Shown in pieces: positions 11,001 through 19,349 of a stretch of 64,000 bases of DNA. The stretch is from a virus. The stretch's first letter is position 1, and each line of letters opens with the position of its first letter. Both the position numbers and the translations under genes were made by a program. The notes beneath the pieces are model-generated. The model searched no databases and had not been told where the DNA came from. It was given only the letters and a program-made list of their open reading frames with translations. The stretch lies in IMG/VR virus record IMGVR_UViG_3300045988_113168. One strand, 5' to 3'.

Positions 11001-11367
11001 CGAGCACATGTGGGAATTTGAAACCCTTTCAATGTTCTTGACTAGCAATCCCATTAAGGATGCTTGCACCTATATTGATGCTGGTCTTGATACTGTAGAG
11101 GATGGCGGTAAGGCAACTGTTATTTGTGTCATCGTAGATATCCAAAAAAAGAAGGATAAACGTGGCAACCAGTTTGCATACTTACATGTTTACACGACAG
11201 GTGGTATTGTCGAAATGATTTGTTGGGCATCTCAGTATGCACGATATTCAAGTCTGATTTCAAAGGGTAGCGATCTTGCAATCCTTTGCAAGAGAAAAGA
11301 AAATTCGTACATTGTTGAGAAGATGAAGCCATACAAGCAGTGGCTGCGAGATAGAGAGATAGCGTAA
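8023..11367 (+). CDS. dnaE: DNA polymerase III alpha subunit (DnaE-type)
   Basis: 1114 aa. N-terminal PHP domain (FVNLHVHTAQGSLLDS). Pol III alpha palm/fingers blocks (GLPKSMGRHAAG, FQMES, YQEQ). C-terminal OB-like region. Confidence 0.95.
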   Translation: MSDNFVNLHVHTAQGSLLDSILTVKELVDFAKENGQKAIAVTDHGKMHSFVDQVKACKAEGIKPIIGCEVYEVDNQAEKADTKDYKQPRYHLVLLAKNETGLKNLFKIVSNACVDGMYKKPRTSLNIIEQNEWGKGIICLTACQVGRMSRLLVDGNETEAWQLWNKLKWIFDDVFMEVQSHDTPDQAEANAKIAAFIKKYNIPYTITTDAHMLSKEDVDAHSVFVEIGEGREVGESYVDCYLQTEDDVLRTLSKQFDEDFIREGCSMSVKIADMIDNIDIGLGQPNQMPEVKIEGEFDSHLDYLRYLVYSTFDEKFGWMSKEEQQTRRDRIEMELDVLEYVDYIDYFIMLYMLCKVADERGIPRGYSRGSGANCLCLFMLNVTQIDSVRWDLDFSRFANKGRKSLADFDFDISRRRRKELVSIAEELFGKESVAPIATFNSLSTKVAIKDIGKVLNEDPESPYYMQIPYELRNEVAKLIPTVKTLDDLGEEVEKEVLLKDILGKSEQLSNVYDKFPLWFKYVMRLEGLPKSMGRHAAGTLITPKPVIEYCPLCMDREGNQMCQLEMHNAMDDLSLVKMDFLGLENLDTIDDTLKMAGLTWKDVDINHLDLNDKAVYDAVYKSGHTIGIFQMESAEARKMCVEAKCDNAEDIIVVNAANRPGTKDSFPTYCSNKLYPETIKLLHPDIKQLFAKTQYILLYQEQALAVFRYAGFPETEVDNARRAIGKKKKDVMASLEVQFRDGLHKKGWNDYQISEMWALILKQASYSFNRGHAVAYGLLSYLTAYLKTHYTEYFMAACMITKEDDSGKMGVFINECDRLHIRVLPPSVNKSDMEFKADAEKHTILFGLKAIKGMGESVASGVIADRPYSGLADFVQRANGGKIGTSNVVKLIKAGAIPTKDKRKILITFANMVFENEYKEKGFHEMASLPKISILKDEYGIDTDSIKDKPTRLALYNKVRRERWEADSWNRKKEKDKKRNAFMQAFAEKYMQDEHMWEFETLSMFLTSNPIKDACTYIDAGLDTVEDGGKATVICVIVDIQKKKDKRGNQFAYLHVYTTGGIVEMICWASQYARYSSLISKGSDLAILCKRKENSYIVEKMKPYKQWLRDREIA

Positions 11368-11379
11368 GAGGGTTGTAAA

Positions 11380-14300
11380 GTGGCAGATAAGAAATTTAAT
11401 GAAAATATGATCCGTTGTTACATCAGGATAAAACGAGTCTTTTATCCGAAAGATGGGAAGGAGGTGGAGCCCGGCGGCTTCGCCACTTTCTCTGCCGAGG
11501 TGGTAAAAGTCAAGCAGGGGAACCCCATTATGAGCCGATACAGTGACCTCCGACTGAAAGGCAACGTCCCTAGCCTTGATATGGATAAGACTTATTCGTT
11601 CTGTGGTGAGTATGTTCACCATGAAAAGTTTGGGGACCAGTATAAAATCGTCTATATGAACGAGTTCCAAGAGATTACTGACCCAGAAGAACAGAAAAGC
11701 TTTCTTCATTTTATCTTGACAGAACATCAGTTTGAGATGCTTTACGAAGCATTTGATAATCCGTATGAAATCATCAAGAACGGTGATATCAAGTCTCTTT
11801 GCACTGTTAGTGGTATCACAGAAGGTCGAGCACAGAAAATTATCGATGCCTTTGAAAATAACATTGATAACAGCGAAGCATACACGAAGCTGATTGAGTA
11901 TGGTTTGACTCCAAGTGCAATCGGAAAACTTGTTCATCAATATCACGGTGCAGACACTCTTGTGAAGAAAATTGAAGAGAATCCTTATGTTCTGATTGAC
12001 GATGTATATGGGATTGGATGGAAGAAAGCTGACGCTCTTGCTTTGAATATGGGATTGAAGCCAAACTCTCAGTTCCGAATTGAAGCTTACGTCATGCATT
12101 TTCTTGCTGATCGTGCCGAAGAAGGCAATTCTATCATCCCGGCAAACCAGACAATCAATAGTTGCATTAAGGAACTTGGCTTGGATGAGGGTGACCAAGA
12201 GGTTATCAAGAGAGCACTTTTCCATCTGCACGATGTCCGTGAAACGCTTTGGTGGAGTGATGATCGTCAGGAATTTGCTTTGACCAGAGTGTGGAATCTG
12301 GAAAATGAGATTGCAAAGGAAATCAAGCGTCTGGCAGATGCACCTGTCGAGCCGATTGGTCGAAATATGGATGCTGCAATCGACGAGGCGGAACGTGCTC
12401 TCGGCATCGAGTACACTGAGGAGCAGAGAGATGCTATTAAAAAGGTATGCTCTAGTAATGTCTGTATCTTGACAGGCTACGGCGGATGCCTCGATGCAGA
12501 GATGGAGTTCTTTAATGGTGTCCAATGGAAAAAAATAAAAGATTATGTTAAGGGCGACAAAGTTCTTCAATATAATGAAAATGGGACTACAACGCTTGTT
12601 GAGCCTGAGAAATATGTAAAATTCAAATGTGAATATCTATATCACATGAAAAACAAGTCGGGTAGTATCAATCAACTATTGAGTGCAGAGCATAATGTTG
12701 TTTACTTGACCAGTAAAAACAATTTAGCTAAAATCCCAATGTGGGAGTTGTATCAAAGAAATGTTAAACGAAAGTCTGGGTTTAACGGACATTTTATAAC
12801 AACGTTCAATTATGATGGCCCAGGAATCGATTTGAGCGATGCTGATATTAGACTAATGTGTGCTGTTATTTGCGATGGATCGTTTTTGAAGGATCATAAA
12901 TCAGCTTGGTGTAGAGTAAACGTAAAAAAAGAGCGAAAGAAACTTCGCATGAGAAGACTTCTTTCGGAAAGTGGTAGATACTTTGATGAGCATCAGTGGA
13001 ATCCAAAAGACTTGGAATATTCGAACTTTGTCTTTTACGCTCCAAGAAAAGAAAAAAGATTTACTTCGTATTGGTATAACTGTAATCATCATCAGCTAGA
13101 GGTGATTTGCGATGAGATTCTAAATTGGGACGGCCATGTGAAAGAGGGGAGACGGAAAGATTTTAGTACACTGATTAAAGAAACGGCAGATTTTATTCAG
13201 TTCGCATTTTCTTCTTGTGGTTATCGTTCTGTTGTATATGAATCAAATATTGAACGGCACGGTAAAATGGTCAAAGAGTATAATGTTCATATTGTGCAAC
13301 ACTCGAATGGAAAAGTTTCTCTTATGACAAAAGGCAGTAAAAGCGATATTGATATTGTTCGTTCAAGCGATGGATATAAGTATTGTTTTACTGTTCCGTC
13401 TCATATGTTTCTGACAAGATATAATGGAAGAATTTGTGTCACAGGCAACACTGGTAAAAGTACCGTTGTCGCTGGTGTCCTAAAGGTTCTTCGTGGTAAG
13501 TCTTTTGCACAGACTGCACTCTCTGGCCGTGCTGCCGCTCGTATGCAGGAGATTACTGGTCAGGATGGAAAGACGATTCATCGACTCCTTGGATATGACA
13601 TCGAGAACGGTGGGTTTGTTCACGATAAAGACAATCCTCTGGATGAAGATATCATCATTCTGGATGAGACCTCCATGGTTGGAGCTCAGTTGTTCTATGA
13701 CTTGATTCAGGCTATCGAGACCGGAAAGCGATTCATCATGATTGGCGATGACGGACAGCTTGAGAGTATCGGTATGTGCAACATCTTCAAGGATATGCTT
13801 GCATCCAAGGTTGTTCCGGTTGCTCGCTTGACTAAGATTCACCGTCAGGCTGCTAAGTCAGCGATTATCACTGAGAGTATCAAGGTTCGTAATGCCACGC
13901 AGTTGGTTCCTTACGGTTGGGCTGGTAATGAGATTCGTGGCGAGCTGCGTGATTTGGAGCTTGATATCTATAAGGATGCAGGCGAGTCATTTAGCCATAT
14001 CATCAATCAGTATCGTACCTTATATAATAAGGTAGGGAACGATAGTGCAAAGATTCAAATCGTACTTCCACAGAAGCTCCGTGGCAGCATCTGCACCTAC
14101 GAGGTCAATAATGCCATTCAAGAAATTGTAAATCCGAGTCGTGGTCAGACCGAAGCGAAGATCTCCATCTATGGTGATGGCAAGGACAGAGTATACACTC
14201 TGCGTGAGGGCGATCAGGTCATTATCAATAAGAATAACTATGAACTTCATACATACAATCTCAAGACAAAGAAAAAGGAAGATAAGTGTCCGGTGTTTAA

Positions 14301-14673
14301 CGGCAACCGTGGCATCATTCGAAAGATTGAAGGCAGTTTTATTCTGGTTGATTTTGACCAGTGGGGCACGATCTTCATTCCTCATTATTTTGGTGGGAAC
14401 AACATCTGGGCAACACTTGAACTCGCTTATGCTTTGAGTTGTCATAAACTGCAAGGTAGCGAAGCTCCGTATGTGATTGTCGGCATGGATAACTCTGCAT
14501 ACTTGATGTTGACGAGGGAATGGCTTTATACGGCCATCACTCGTGCTAAGAAGTATTGTGTGATTTGTGCTGAAACTCATGCTCTTGATCGGGCGGTAAA
14601 GACTTCGAGAGTTCCATACAAGCGGACGTTCTTGAAGGAATTTTTACGGAAAGAATTTTCAGAAAAGCATTGA
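11380..14673 (+). CDS. RecD/RecD2-like SF1 helicase, interrupted by an intein in the Walker A loop
   Basis: GTG start after a GAGGG RBS. HhH-type N-terminal region. Split P-loop: ILTGYGG / TGKSTVV. Motifs ILDETSMV, GDDGQL, SCHKLQGSE and AITRAKK. Confidence 0.85.
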   Translation: MADKKFNENMIRCYIRIKRVFYPKDGKEVEPGGFATFSAEVVKVKQGNPIMSRYSDLRLKGNVPSLDMDKTYSFCGEYVHHEKFGDQYKIVYMNEFQEITDPEEQKSFLHFILTEHQFEMLYEAFDNPYEIIKNGDIKSLCTVSGITEGRAQKIIDAFENNIDNSEAYTKLIEYGLTPSAIGKLVHQYHGADTLVKKIEENPYVLIDDVYGIGWKKADALALNMGLKPNSQFRIEAYVMHFLADRAEEGNSIIPANQTINSCIKELGLDEGDQEVIKRALFHLHDVRETLWWSDDRQEFALTRVWNLENEIAKEIKRLADAPVEPIGRNMDAAIDEAERALGIEYTEEQRDAIKKVCSSNVCILTGYGGCLDAEMEFFNGVQWKKIKDYVKGDKVLQYNENGTTTLVEPEKYVKFKCEYLYHMKNKSGSINQLLSAEHNVVYLTSKNNLAKIPMWELYQRNVKRKSGFNGHFITTFNYDGPGIDLSDADIRLMCAVICDGSFLKDHKSAWCRVNVKKERKKLRMRRLLSESGRYFDEHQWNPKDLEYSNFVFYAPRKEKRFTSYWYNCNHHQLEVICDEILNWDGHVKEGRRKDFSTLIKETADFIQFAFSSCGYRSVVYESNIERHGKMVKEYNVHIVQHSNGKVSLMTKGSKSDIDIVRSSDGYKYCFTVPSHMFLTRYNGRICVTGNTGKSTVVAGVLKVLRGKSFAQTALSGRAAARMQEITGQDGKTIHRLLGYDIENGGFVHDKDNPLDEDIIILDETSMVGAQLFYDLIQAIETGKRFIMIGDDGQLESIGMCNIFKDMLASKVVPVARLTKIHRQAAKSAIITESIKVRNATQLVPYGWAGNEIRGELRDLELDIYKDAGESFSHIINQYRTLYNKVGNDSAKIQIVLPQKLRGSICTYEVNNAIQEIVNPSRGQTEAKISIYGDGKDRVYTLREGDQVIINKNNYELHTYNLKTKKKEDKCPVFNGNRGIIRKIEGSFILVDFDQWGTIFIPHYFGGNNIWATLELAYALSCHKLQGSEAPYVIVGMDNSAYLMLTREWLYTAITRAKKYCVICAETHALDRAVKTSRVPYKRTFLKEFLRKEFSEKH
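12487..13449 (+). mobile_element. intein (321 aa) with a LAGLIDADG-type homing-endonuclease core
   Basis: Begins with Cys (CLDAEMEF, block A). Block B is SAEHNVV. LAGLIDADG-like MCAVICDGSF and ILNWDGHV. Ends ...RICVTGN, followed by a +1 Thr. Removing it restores GYGGTGKST. Confidence 0.8.
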
Positions 14674-14698
14674 CAATTATATGAGTATCCTGTATAAT
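14670..14698 (+). promoter_or_regulatory. consensus sigma-A type promoter
   Basis: TTGACA (14670-14675), a 17-nt spacer ending in TG, then TATAAT (14693-14698). Confidence 0.7.
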
Positions 14699-14834
14699 AT
14701 AGCTATAAAAAGTCTCCACCTCGGAGGCTTAAAATTCTCTCTTTAGCTATATAATACAGGATACGAGGAAGAAATGGCTTGCTCGTAATGGCAAGCCTTT
14801 CTTTATTCATTATAACTATATAACACAGGATACG
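14685..14834. repeat. three copies of a 21-bp operator-like motif GTATCCTGTAT(A/T)ATATAGCTA
   Basis: 14685-14705 and 14744-14764 are inverted copies with 1 mismatch. 14814-14834 is a direct copy of the second with 2-3 mismatches. The first copy overlaps the -10 element. Confidence 0.75.
14776..14807 (+). terminator. rho-independent terminator or attenuator hairpin
   Basis: GGCTTGC - 8-nt loop - GCAAGCC, followed by TTTCTTTATT. Confidence 0.6.
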
Positions 14835-14846
14835 CAAGGAGGCTTT

Positions 14847-16178
14847 ATGACAGATAAGGAACTCATAGGTAAACTCGATGCGATGGTAAAGGCATTGCAG
14901 AGCACGAAGAAGAAGACAGACAAGACCCGCATTTTGCTGGATGCACGAAAGGATTTTGGTGCTGAAGCTGACGAGCTGATGGCATTCTTCCGATTCTTGC
15001 TTGATCCGACAATCGTAACTGGCCTGTCGGATACGAAAATCAATAAGCAGGTGAGTACCAAGCCTGAGATTGATATCCAGTATCTCAGCTGTGGATACCT
15101 TTATATTATGGGTGCTGGTCACAATACAGGATCTGACGCATCCATAGCAACAATCCAGAACTATTTACATAAAAATCCTGAGCACAAAGAGTTTCTAAAG
15201 CGGCTGTTTACCAAGAATCTGCCGATTGGTGTGGAAGCTGCTACTATCAATAAGGTATACGGCGAGGAAATTATTCCTGTCTGGGAAGTTCAGCAGGGAT
15301 ACCCAATTGATAAGGTGAAGTTGAAACCCGGCATCTGGTTCAGTCTGAGCCAGAAGATGAACGGCAATAGGGGCACAATGTATCGTGGAGATTTAATTTC
15401 TCGTCAAGCGCAGAAGTTTGAAGGACTCGACCATATTAAGAATGATCTGCTCGCTCTATATGATGGAGGTGTGGAGAGGCGAGATTCTTTGGTGTTTGAT
15501 GGCGAACTCATTTATAAGAACCCTGAAGGAATGTCGGACGGAGAGGCGTTTCGTTTCGGCACTGGCCTACTTAATTCTGACAGCAAGAACAAGACTGGAA
15601 TTAAATTTGTGATTTTTGATGTAATTCCTGTTGTAGAGTTTGACTGTGGAAAGTGTGCTGTCCAGTATCAAACCCGCCGGAAATGGCTAAATTGTCTTCG
15701 TGCGGAGATTGCTCGTAAGAATCTTGAAAACATCGAAATTGTTCCAATGGTATACGAAGGTACTGACCAGAGTGTGATTCCGAAGTGGCTTGATTATGCT
15801 GTGGCACATGATTGGGAGGGTTTGATGTTGAACACCAATGTTCCTTATCAGCGTAAGCGTCATACTGGTTGTCTTAAAATCAAGCGTTTCTACACGGTTG
15901 ACCTCCGCATTACTGCAATCGAGGAAGGACAGAATCGGCTGGCTGGTACGATGGGTGCCCTAGTTGTGGACTACAAGGGCAACGAACTTCGAGTGGGCTC
16001 TGGATTTGATGACGCAACGAGAGCTGCCGTGTGGGCAAATCCTGATGATTATATCGGAAAAATTGTGGAGTGTAAGTATAAAGAGGTCACGATGGACAAA
16101 AAGACCGGCCTTGAGTCCCTGCAATTCCCGACCTTTGTAAGATTTAGAGATGACAAGAATGAGGTGTCTTATGGCTGA
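14847..16178 (+). CDS. ATP-dependent DNA ligase
   Basis: AAGGAGG RBS. Nucleotidyltransferase motif I variant KMNGNRG. C-terminal OB domain ending LQFPTFVRFRDDK. Confidence 0.8.
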   Translation: MTDKELIGKLDAMVKALQSTKKKTDKTRILLDARKDFGAEADELMAFFRFLLDPTIVTGLSDTKINKQVSTKPEIDIQYLSCGYLYIMGAGHNTGSDASIATIQNYLHKNPEHKEFLKRLFTKNLPIGVEAATINKVYGEEIIPVWEVQQGYPIDKVKLKPGIWFSLSQKMNGNRGTMYRGDLISRQAQKFEGLDHIKNDLLALYDGGVERRDSLVFDGELIYKNPEGMSDGEAFRFGTGLLNSDSKNKTGIKFVIFDVIPVVEFDCGKCAVQYQTRRKWLNCLRAEIARKNLENIEIVPMVYEGTDQSVIPKWLDYAVAHDWEGLMLNTNVPYQRKRHTGCLKIKRFYTVDLRITAIEEGQNRLAGTMGALVVDYKGNELRVGSGFDDATRAAVWANPDDYIGKIVECKYKEVTMDKKTGLESLQFPTFVRFRDDKNEVSYG

Positions 16179-16518
16179 TGTTAGATTGATTGACTCAAAT
16201 AAGGCTGAAAAGGAATTTGAATCTTGCTTAAATCTTCTTTGTAAAAATCCTATAACAAGTAACACGTATGAAATGAGTTTTAGTAGGCAGATTTGTAACG
16301 CAGCTTTACGAACTTTGCGGAACACTCCAACTATCGACCCGGAAGCGTTGCGGCCGGTGGCACACTGGGAGGAAATTCCAGGCTCCTATGTGAGCTGTGC
16401 CGGGAAAAACTCATGGTGTGAACCAGCAACTCGTTGCTCGAACCCAGAATGTAGAGAGGTGAATCCGTGTGGCCTCAAAACGCCATTTTGCCCGATGTGT
16501 GGAGCAAAGATGGAGTGA
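16171..16518 (+). CDS. hypothetical protein with C-terminal Zn-ribbon
   Basis: ATG after a GAGGTG RBS. CSNPECREVNPCGLKTPFCPMCG. Confidence 0.55.
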   Translation: MADVRLIDSNKAEKEFESCLNLLCKNPITSNTYEMSFSRQICNAALRTLRNTPTIDPEALRPVAHWEEIPGSYVSCAGKNSWCEPATRCSNPECREVNPCGLKTPFCPMCGAKME

Positions 16519-16521
16519 ATC

Positions 16522-16821
16522 ATGCCTAAAAATAAGTTAAAAGATTCCTTTCATTGGATGGGCAAAAATGGGCAAGAATGCAATGTAGATTTGTCATCCA
16601 AGCTTATAAGCCGTTATATCAATGAAGTTAAGAACAATCTCAAGAAGACTCCAAAAGGAGAAGGGAATTTTTGCTATGTTGCTGGCAAAGAGGTACTTGT
16701 CATTGGAGTGGTTAACGAAGAGGGCGAACGGTTCATCTTCGTGGCAAGAGATTACTGGGAAGCGGATTACATTCCGGGATGTGGATGGATGAAAGTGGAG
16801 GATGAAGATGAATCTTTCTAA
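16522..16821 (+). CDS. hypothetical protein
   Basis: 99-aa ORF, operon packing. Confidence 0.5.
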   Translation: MPKNKLKDSFHWMGKNGQECNVDLSSKLISRYINEVKNNLKKTPKGEGNFCYVAGKEVLVIGVVNEEGERFIFVARDYWEADYIPGCGWMKVEDEDESF

Positions 16822-17080
16822 AAAGACAATCAAGCACATTCTTCGGATTCTGGATAACAAATGTATCGAGGTGCCTACAAAGGCATTCGCTTATAGCAGT
16901 GACGGACGCAGAATTTTGACTCGTGATTTTGAGCCAAAGGAGTCACACGGAATGAATGACTGGCAACGAATCGTCTATGTACCGTCTGATGGATATTTCT
17001 ACGGAATTTACAACGGAAAATCGGAAGAAGAATGGGACATTCCAGATATCTTGTCTCCTGCCCAGCTTGCTAATTTGTGA
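16802..17080 (+). CDS. hypothetical protein (paralog of 17581..17919)
   Basis: Shares N-terminal MSKKT.K and C-terminal SPAQL.N with the ORF at 17581. Confidence 0.55.
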   Translation: MKMNLSKKTIKHILRILDNKCIEVPTKAFAYSSDGRRILTRDFEPKESHGMNDWQRIVYVPSDGYFYGIYNGKSEEEWDIPDILSPAQLANL

Positions 17081-17089
17081 GGTTTTGTA

Positions 17090-17314
17090 ATGTTTATCTT
17101 GACGCAGTATCAAACCGGAGTTGTTGATACCAGTAAATGTTTTGGAATCCATATTGTAGATGAATCAACAGTAATCAGAGCGTATACCTTTGGTGAAAAT
17201 GTGTGGATGAAACTGGGTAAATATAAAACAGTAGAACGAGCAAAAGAAGTAATTCAAAAGATTAACATCGCTCTTTGCGAGAGTCGTGTTGGTTTTGTAA
17301 TGCCGGAGGAATAA
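17090..17314 (+). CDS. hypothetical protein (tandem paralog A)
   Basis: M.ILTQ ... Y..P pattern shared with the next ORF. Confidence 0.5.
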   Translation: MFILTQYQTGVVDTSKCFGIHIVDESTVIRAYTFGENVWMKLGKYKTVERAKEVIQKINIALCESRVGFVMPEE

Positions 17315-17315
17315 A

Positions 17316-17528
17316 ATGCTACTTTTAACGCAAGGCGGAGAAATTATAAATCTTGATCGCATGGCAATCATTGATACCGCAAGCCTTAATGTTTATGCAA
17401 GGCAGGGCATGGGTGAGCGTGGAATTGTTCTTGGCAGCTATAACTCTGAGAGTAAATGCTACGATATTATCGCACGTATTTTTGATTGCTATCGAAAAAA
17501 TGAGAAAGCATACATAATGCCAAAATGA
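17316..17528 (+). CDS. hypothetical protein (tandem paralog B)
   Basis: MLLLTQGGEIINL ... AYIMPK, similar in layout to 17090..17314. Confidence 0.5.
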   Translation: MLLLTQGGEIINLDRMAIIDTASLNVYARQGMGERGIVLGSYNSESKCYDIIARIFDCYRKNEKAYIMPK

Positions 17529-17580
17529 ACGACTTCAGAGAGCTAACCGTCTCGAAGAAAGCAAAACAAGAAGGAATCAT

Positions 17581-17919
17581 ATGAGAAACATGTCAAAGAA
17601 AACTCGTAAAAAGGTTATGCAGATCATTAAGGCAAACTGCCATTTTGATAGTAAAGGGTATTGGTGGGGACCATATAAAAGTAGCCGTTTGTGGAAACCA
17701 TATAAAAGTAGCCGAATGTCCGCAATTTGGGAGTACATTATAACGGAAGATCGCTTTGGTTTTAGCGAGTTTGCGGCAGTATATGAGGATTTGGAGGAGA
17801 AATTTTCTCCATATTTCTATATTAACATTGTGTCTCCTGCACAGCTAACAAATCCACGTCTTCCAATCAATGTAAACAAACAGATTGTAAAGAAATTGGA
17901 AGAAGGCGGTTTTATTTGA
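17581..17919 (+). CDS. hypothetical protein (paralog of 16802..17080) with an internal 27-nt tandem duplication
   Basis: CCATATAAAAGTAGCCG is repeated at 17671 and 17698 (PYKSSR x2). Confidence 0.55.
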   Translation: MRNMSKKTRKKVMQIIKANCHFDSKGYWWGPYKSSRLWKPYKSSRMSAIWEYIITEDRFGFSEFAAVYEDLEEKFSPYFYINIVSPAQLTNPRLPINVNKQIVKKLEEGGFI

Positions 17920-18155
17920 ATGACTTCCGAAAACTAGCCATCCCAAAGAAAGAACGACTTGAAGTTCAACTTACGGATGGCACAGAAGAACACAATATAC
18001 TCTACATAATTACATCTCTAGCCACTATTAAAGGTGCTGAGATTTTTAAAAATTTTCGTTTGTATTCTGTAGGCTCCGCCGGGGAGCTCAACTTATTAGA
18101 GAAGCAAGACGGCGATCCCTACTTTGATAAGCTGAAAGGAACAGAATATGAGTAA
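17916..18155 (+). CDS. hypothetical protein (apparent TTG start)
   Basis: No in-frame ATG near the start. The N-terminus (L)NDFRKLAIPKK resembles the 19-codon mini-ORF MNDFRELTVSKK at 17525. Confidence 0.45.
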   Translation: MNDFRKLAIPKKERLEVQLTDGTEEHNILYIITSLATIKGAEIFKNFRLYSVGSAGELNLLEKQDGDPYFDKLKGTEYE

Positions 18156-18495
18156 TTCAATGAACCGAGAAGACCGGCGCAGAGAGCAGCGTAAAGCACG
18201 AATCCTTGCCCGGCGAATCAAGAAGGCTGGTGGACCCGACTTTCTGGCTGGAATGCCGGTTGAAGAGTGGGAACCCAAGATTGGTGATGTGGTCACTATT
18301 AAGGTAAAGAGGATTCAGGGTAAGAAAGATTTCTTCAAGATGAGTCCGCAATATCAGGACTTTATCAATAGCCTTGAGGACGGAAAGCCTTACAAGATTA
18401 CCAGTACCGGCATGAAGGGTCAGGTCTACGGCATTGATGCACATCCTTATTTCCAGATTTGGAAGGGTGATATGGAACCCTACAAGGAGCCCTAA
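18148..18495 (+). CDS. hypothetical basic protein
   Basis: 115 aa with an Arg/Lys-rich N-terminus. Confidence 0.5.
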   Translation: MSNSMNREDRRREQRKARILARRIKKAGGPDFLAGMPVEEWEPKIGDVVTIKVKRIQGKKDFFKMSPQYQDFINSLEDGKPYKITSTGMKGQVYGIDAHPYFQIWKGDMEPYKEP

Positions 18496-18755
18496 TGAAG
18501 CAGATGTACTTCAGGACGAACTATCATGCTTGTTATTGTGTGGAGTGCATGAATCAATTCATTTTAATGCAAAAAGGGTATTTTTATGATGTTATATGGG
18601 AGACGGATACTTATTATCTTGTATGTACAGATAAAGGTGATCCATTTCCACAATTATTTAGCATCGTAAAAATTCTCAAAGAAGATCTCGAAGATGATGT
18701 GTATGTCGTGACTGGTAAAAGCGAAAAACTTGAGGAAGGAGGTGGGGCGATATGA
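18495..18755 (+). CDS. hypothetical protein
   Basis: TAATG overlap with the upstream gene. Confidence 0.5.
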   Translation: MKQMYFRTNYHACYCVECMNQFILMQKGYFYDVIWETDTYYLVCTDKGDPFPQLFSIVKILKEDLEDDVYVVTGKSEKLEEGGGAI

Positions 18756-18955
18756 TTGGTATTGACCATCGTGAGCAGGGTCGTAAGGAACGAGCCCTTG
18801 CAGAATATTATAGAACTTTGGCTCGATATCCTGTCGAGTGTGGAGAGCCGATTACATATCAGTTGTCAGAAGAGCAACTTAAACAGGTTCTCTGTGGAGA
18901 GGTTACTGTTGATGAGTTGATTGAAAGAGGTGAAGTAAATGAGAGACAGGATTAA
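18752..18955 (+). CDS. hypothetical protein
   Basis: ATGA overlap with the upstream gene. Confidence 0.5.
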   Translation: MIGIDHREQGRKERALAEYYRTLARYPVECGEPITYQLSEEQLKQVLCGEVTVDELIERGEVNERQD

Positions 18956-18956
18956 G

Positions 18957-19103
18957 ATGTGGATCGCTTTCATTAAGATTTTTAAGGATTATCTTATTGC
19001 GGTCGGAATCATGATTGTGCTGTGGTTGCTGTTTTGCCTTATCAAATATGGGATTTCAGTATCCAATTTTCCAGATTGGTTTAAATTTGCACTTCTAAAG
19101 TGA
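18957..19103 (+). CDS. small membrane protein (48 aa)
   Basis: One hydrophobic helix (IAVGIMIVLWLLFCLI). Fills an otherwise empty gap. Confidence 0.45.
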   Translation: MWIAFIKIFKDYLIAVGIMIVLWLLFCLIKYGISVSNFPDWFKFALLK

Positions 19104-19114
19104 AGGAGGATTAA

Positions 19115-19339
19115 ATGGTAACCGATATTCTTAATAGAGAGATTCATGTTGGCGATACGGTGCTTAGAGCTAGAACTCGAAAAGGTCGCGGAGTTCTTTG
19201 GAGCATTCATGAAGTTGTCTCCGTTATGAACGTAATGATTAAAGTTCAAGACGGAAAGTACACAACGAATGTTGCACCCAGGAATTGTATCGTAATTGAC
19301 GAGAGTGACATTCCTGAAAACTGGCAGGACGAATATTAA
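19115..19339 (+). CDS. hypothetical protein
   Basis: AAGGAGG RBS 6 nt upstream. Confidence 0.55.
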   Translation: MVTDILNREIHVGDTVLRARTRKGRGVLWSIHEVVSVMNVMIKVQDGKYTTNVAPRNCIVIDESDIPENWQDEY

Positions 19340-19349
19340 GGAGAGTTGA

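Noticed and set aside
11260-12570. A long antisense ORF of 436 aa. Similar ones occur at 22935..23948 (-), 48450..49427 (+), 50445..51422 (+), 51654..52961 (+), 5271..5831 (-) and 14020..14580 (-).
   Set aside because: All lie opposite strongly supported genes (helicase, SPFH, the giant tail protein, RecJ-like). They have odd composition (Cys/His/Arg/Ile-rich) and no RBS. They are shadow ORFs.
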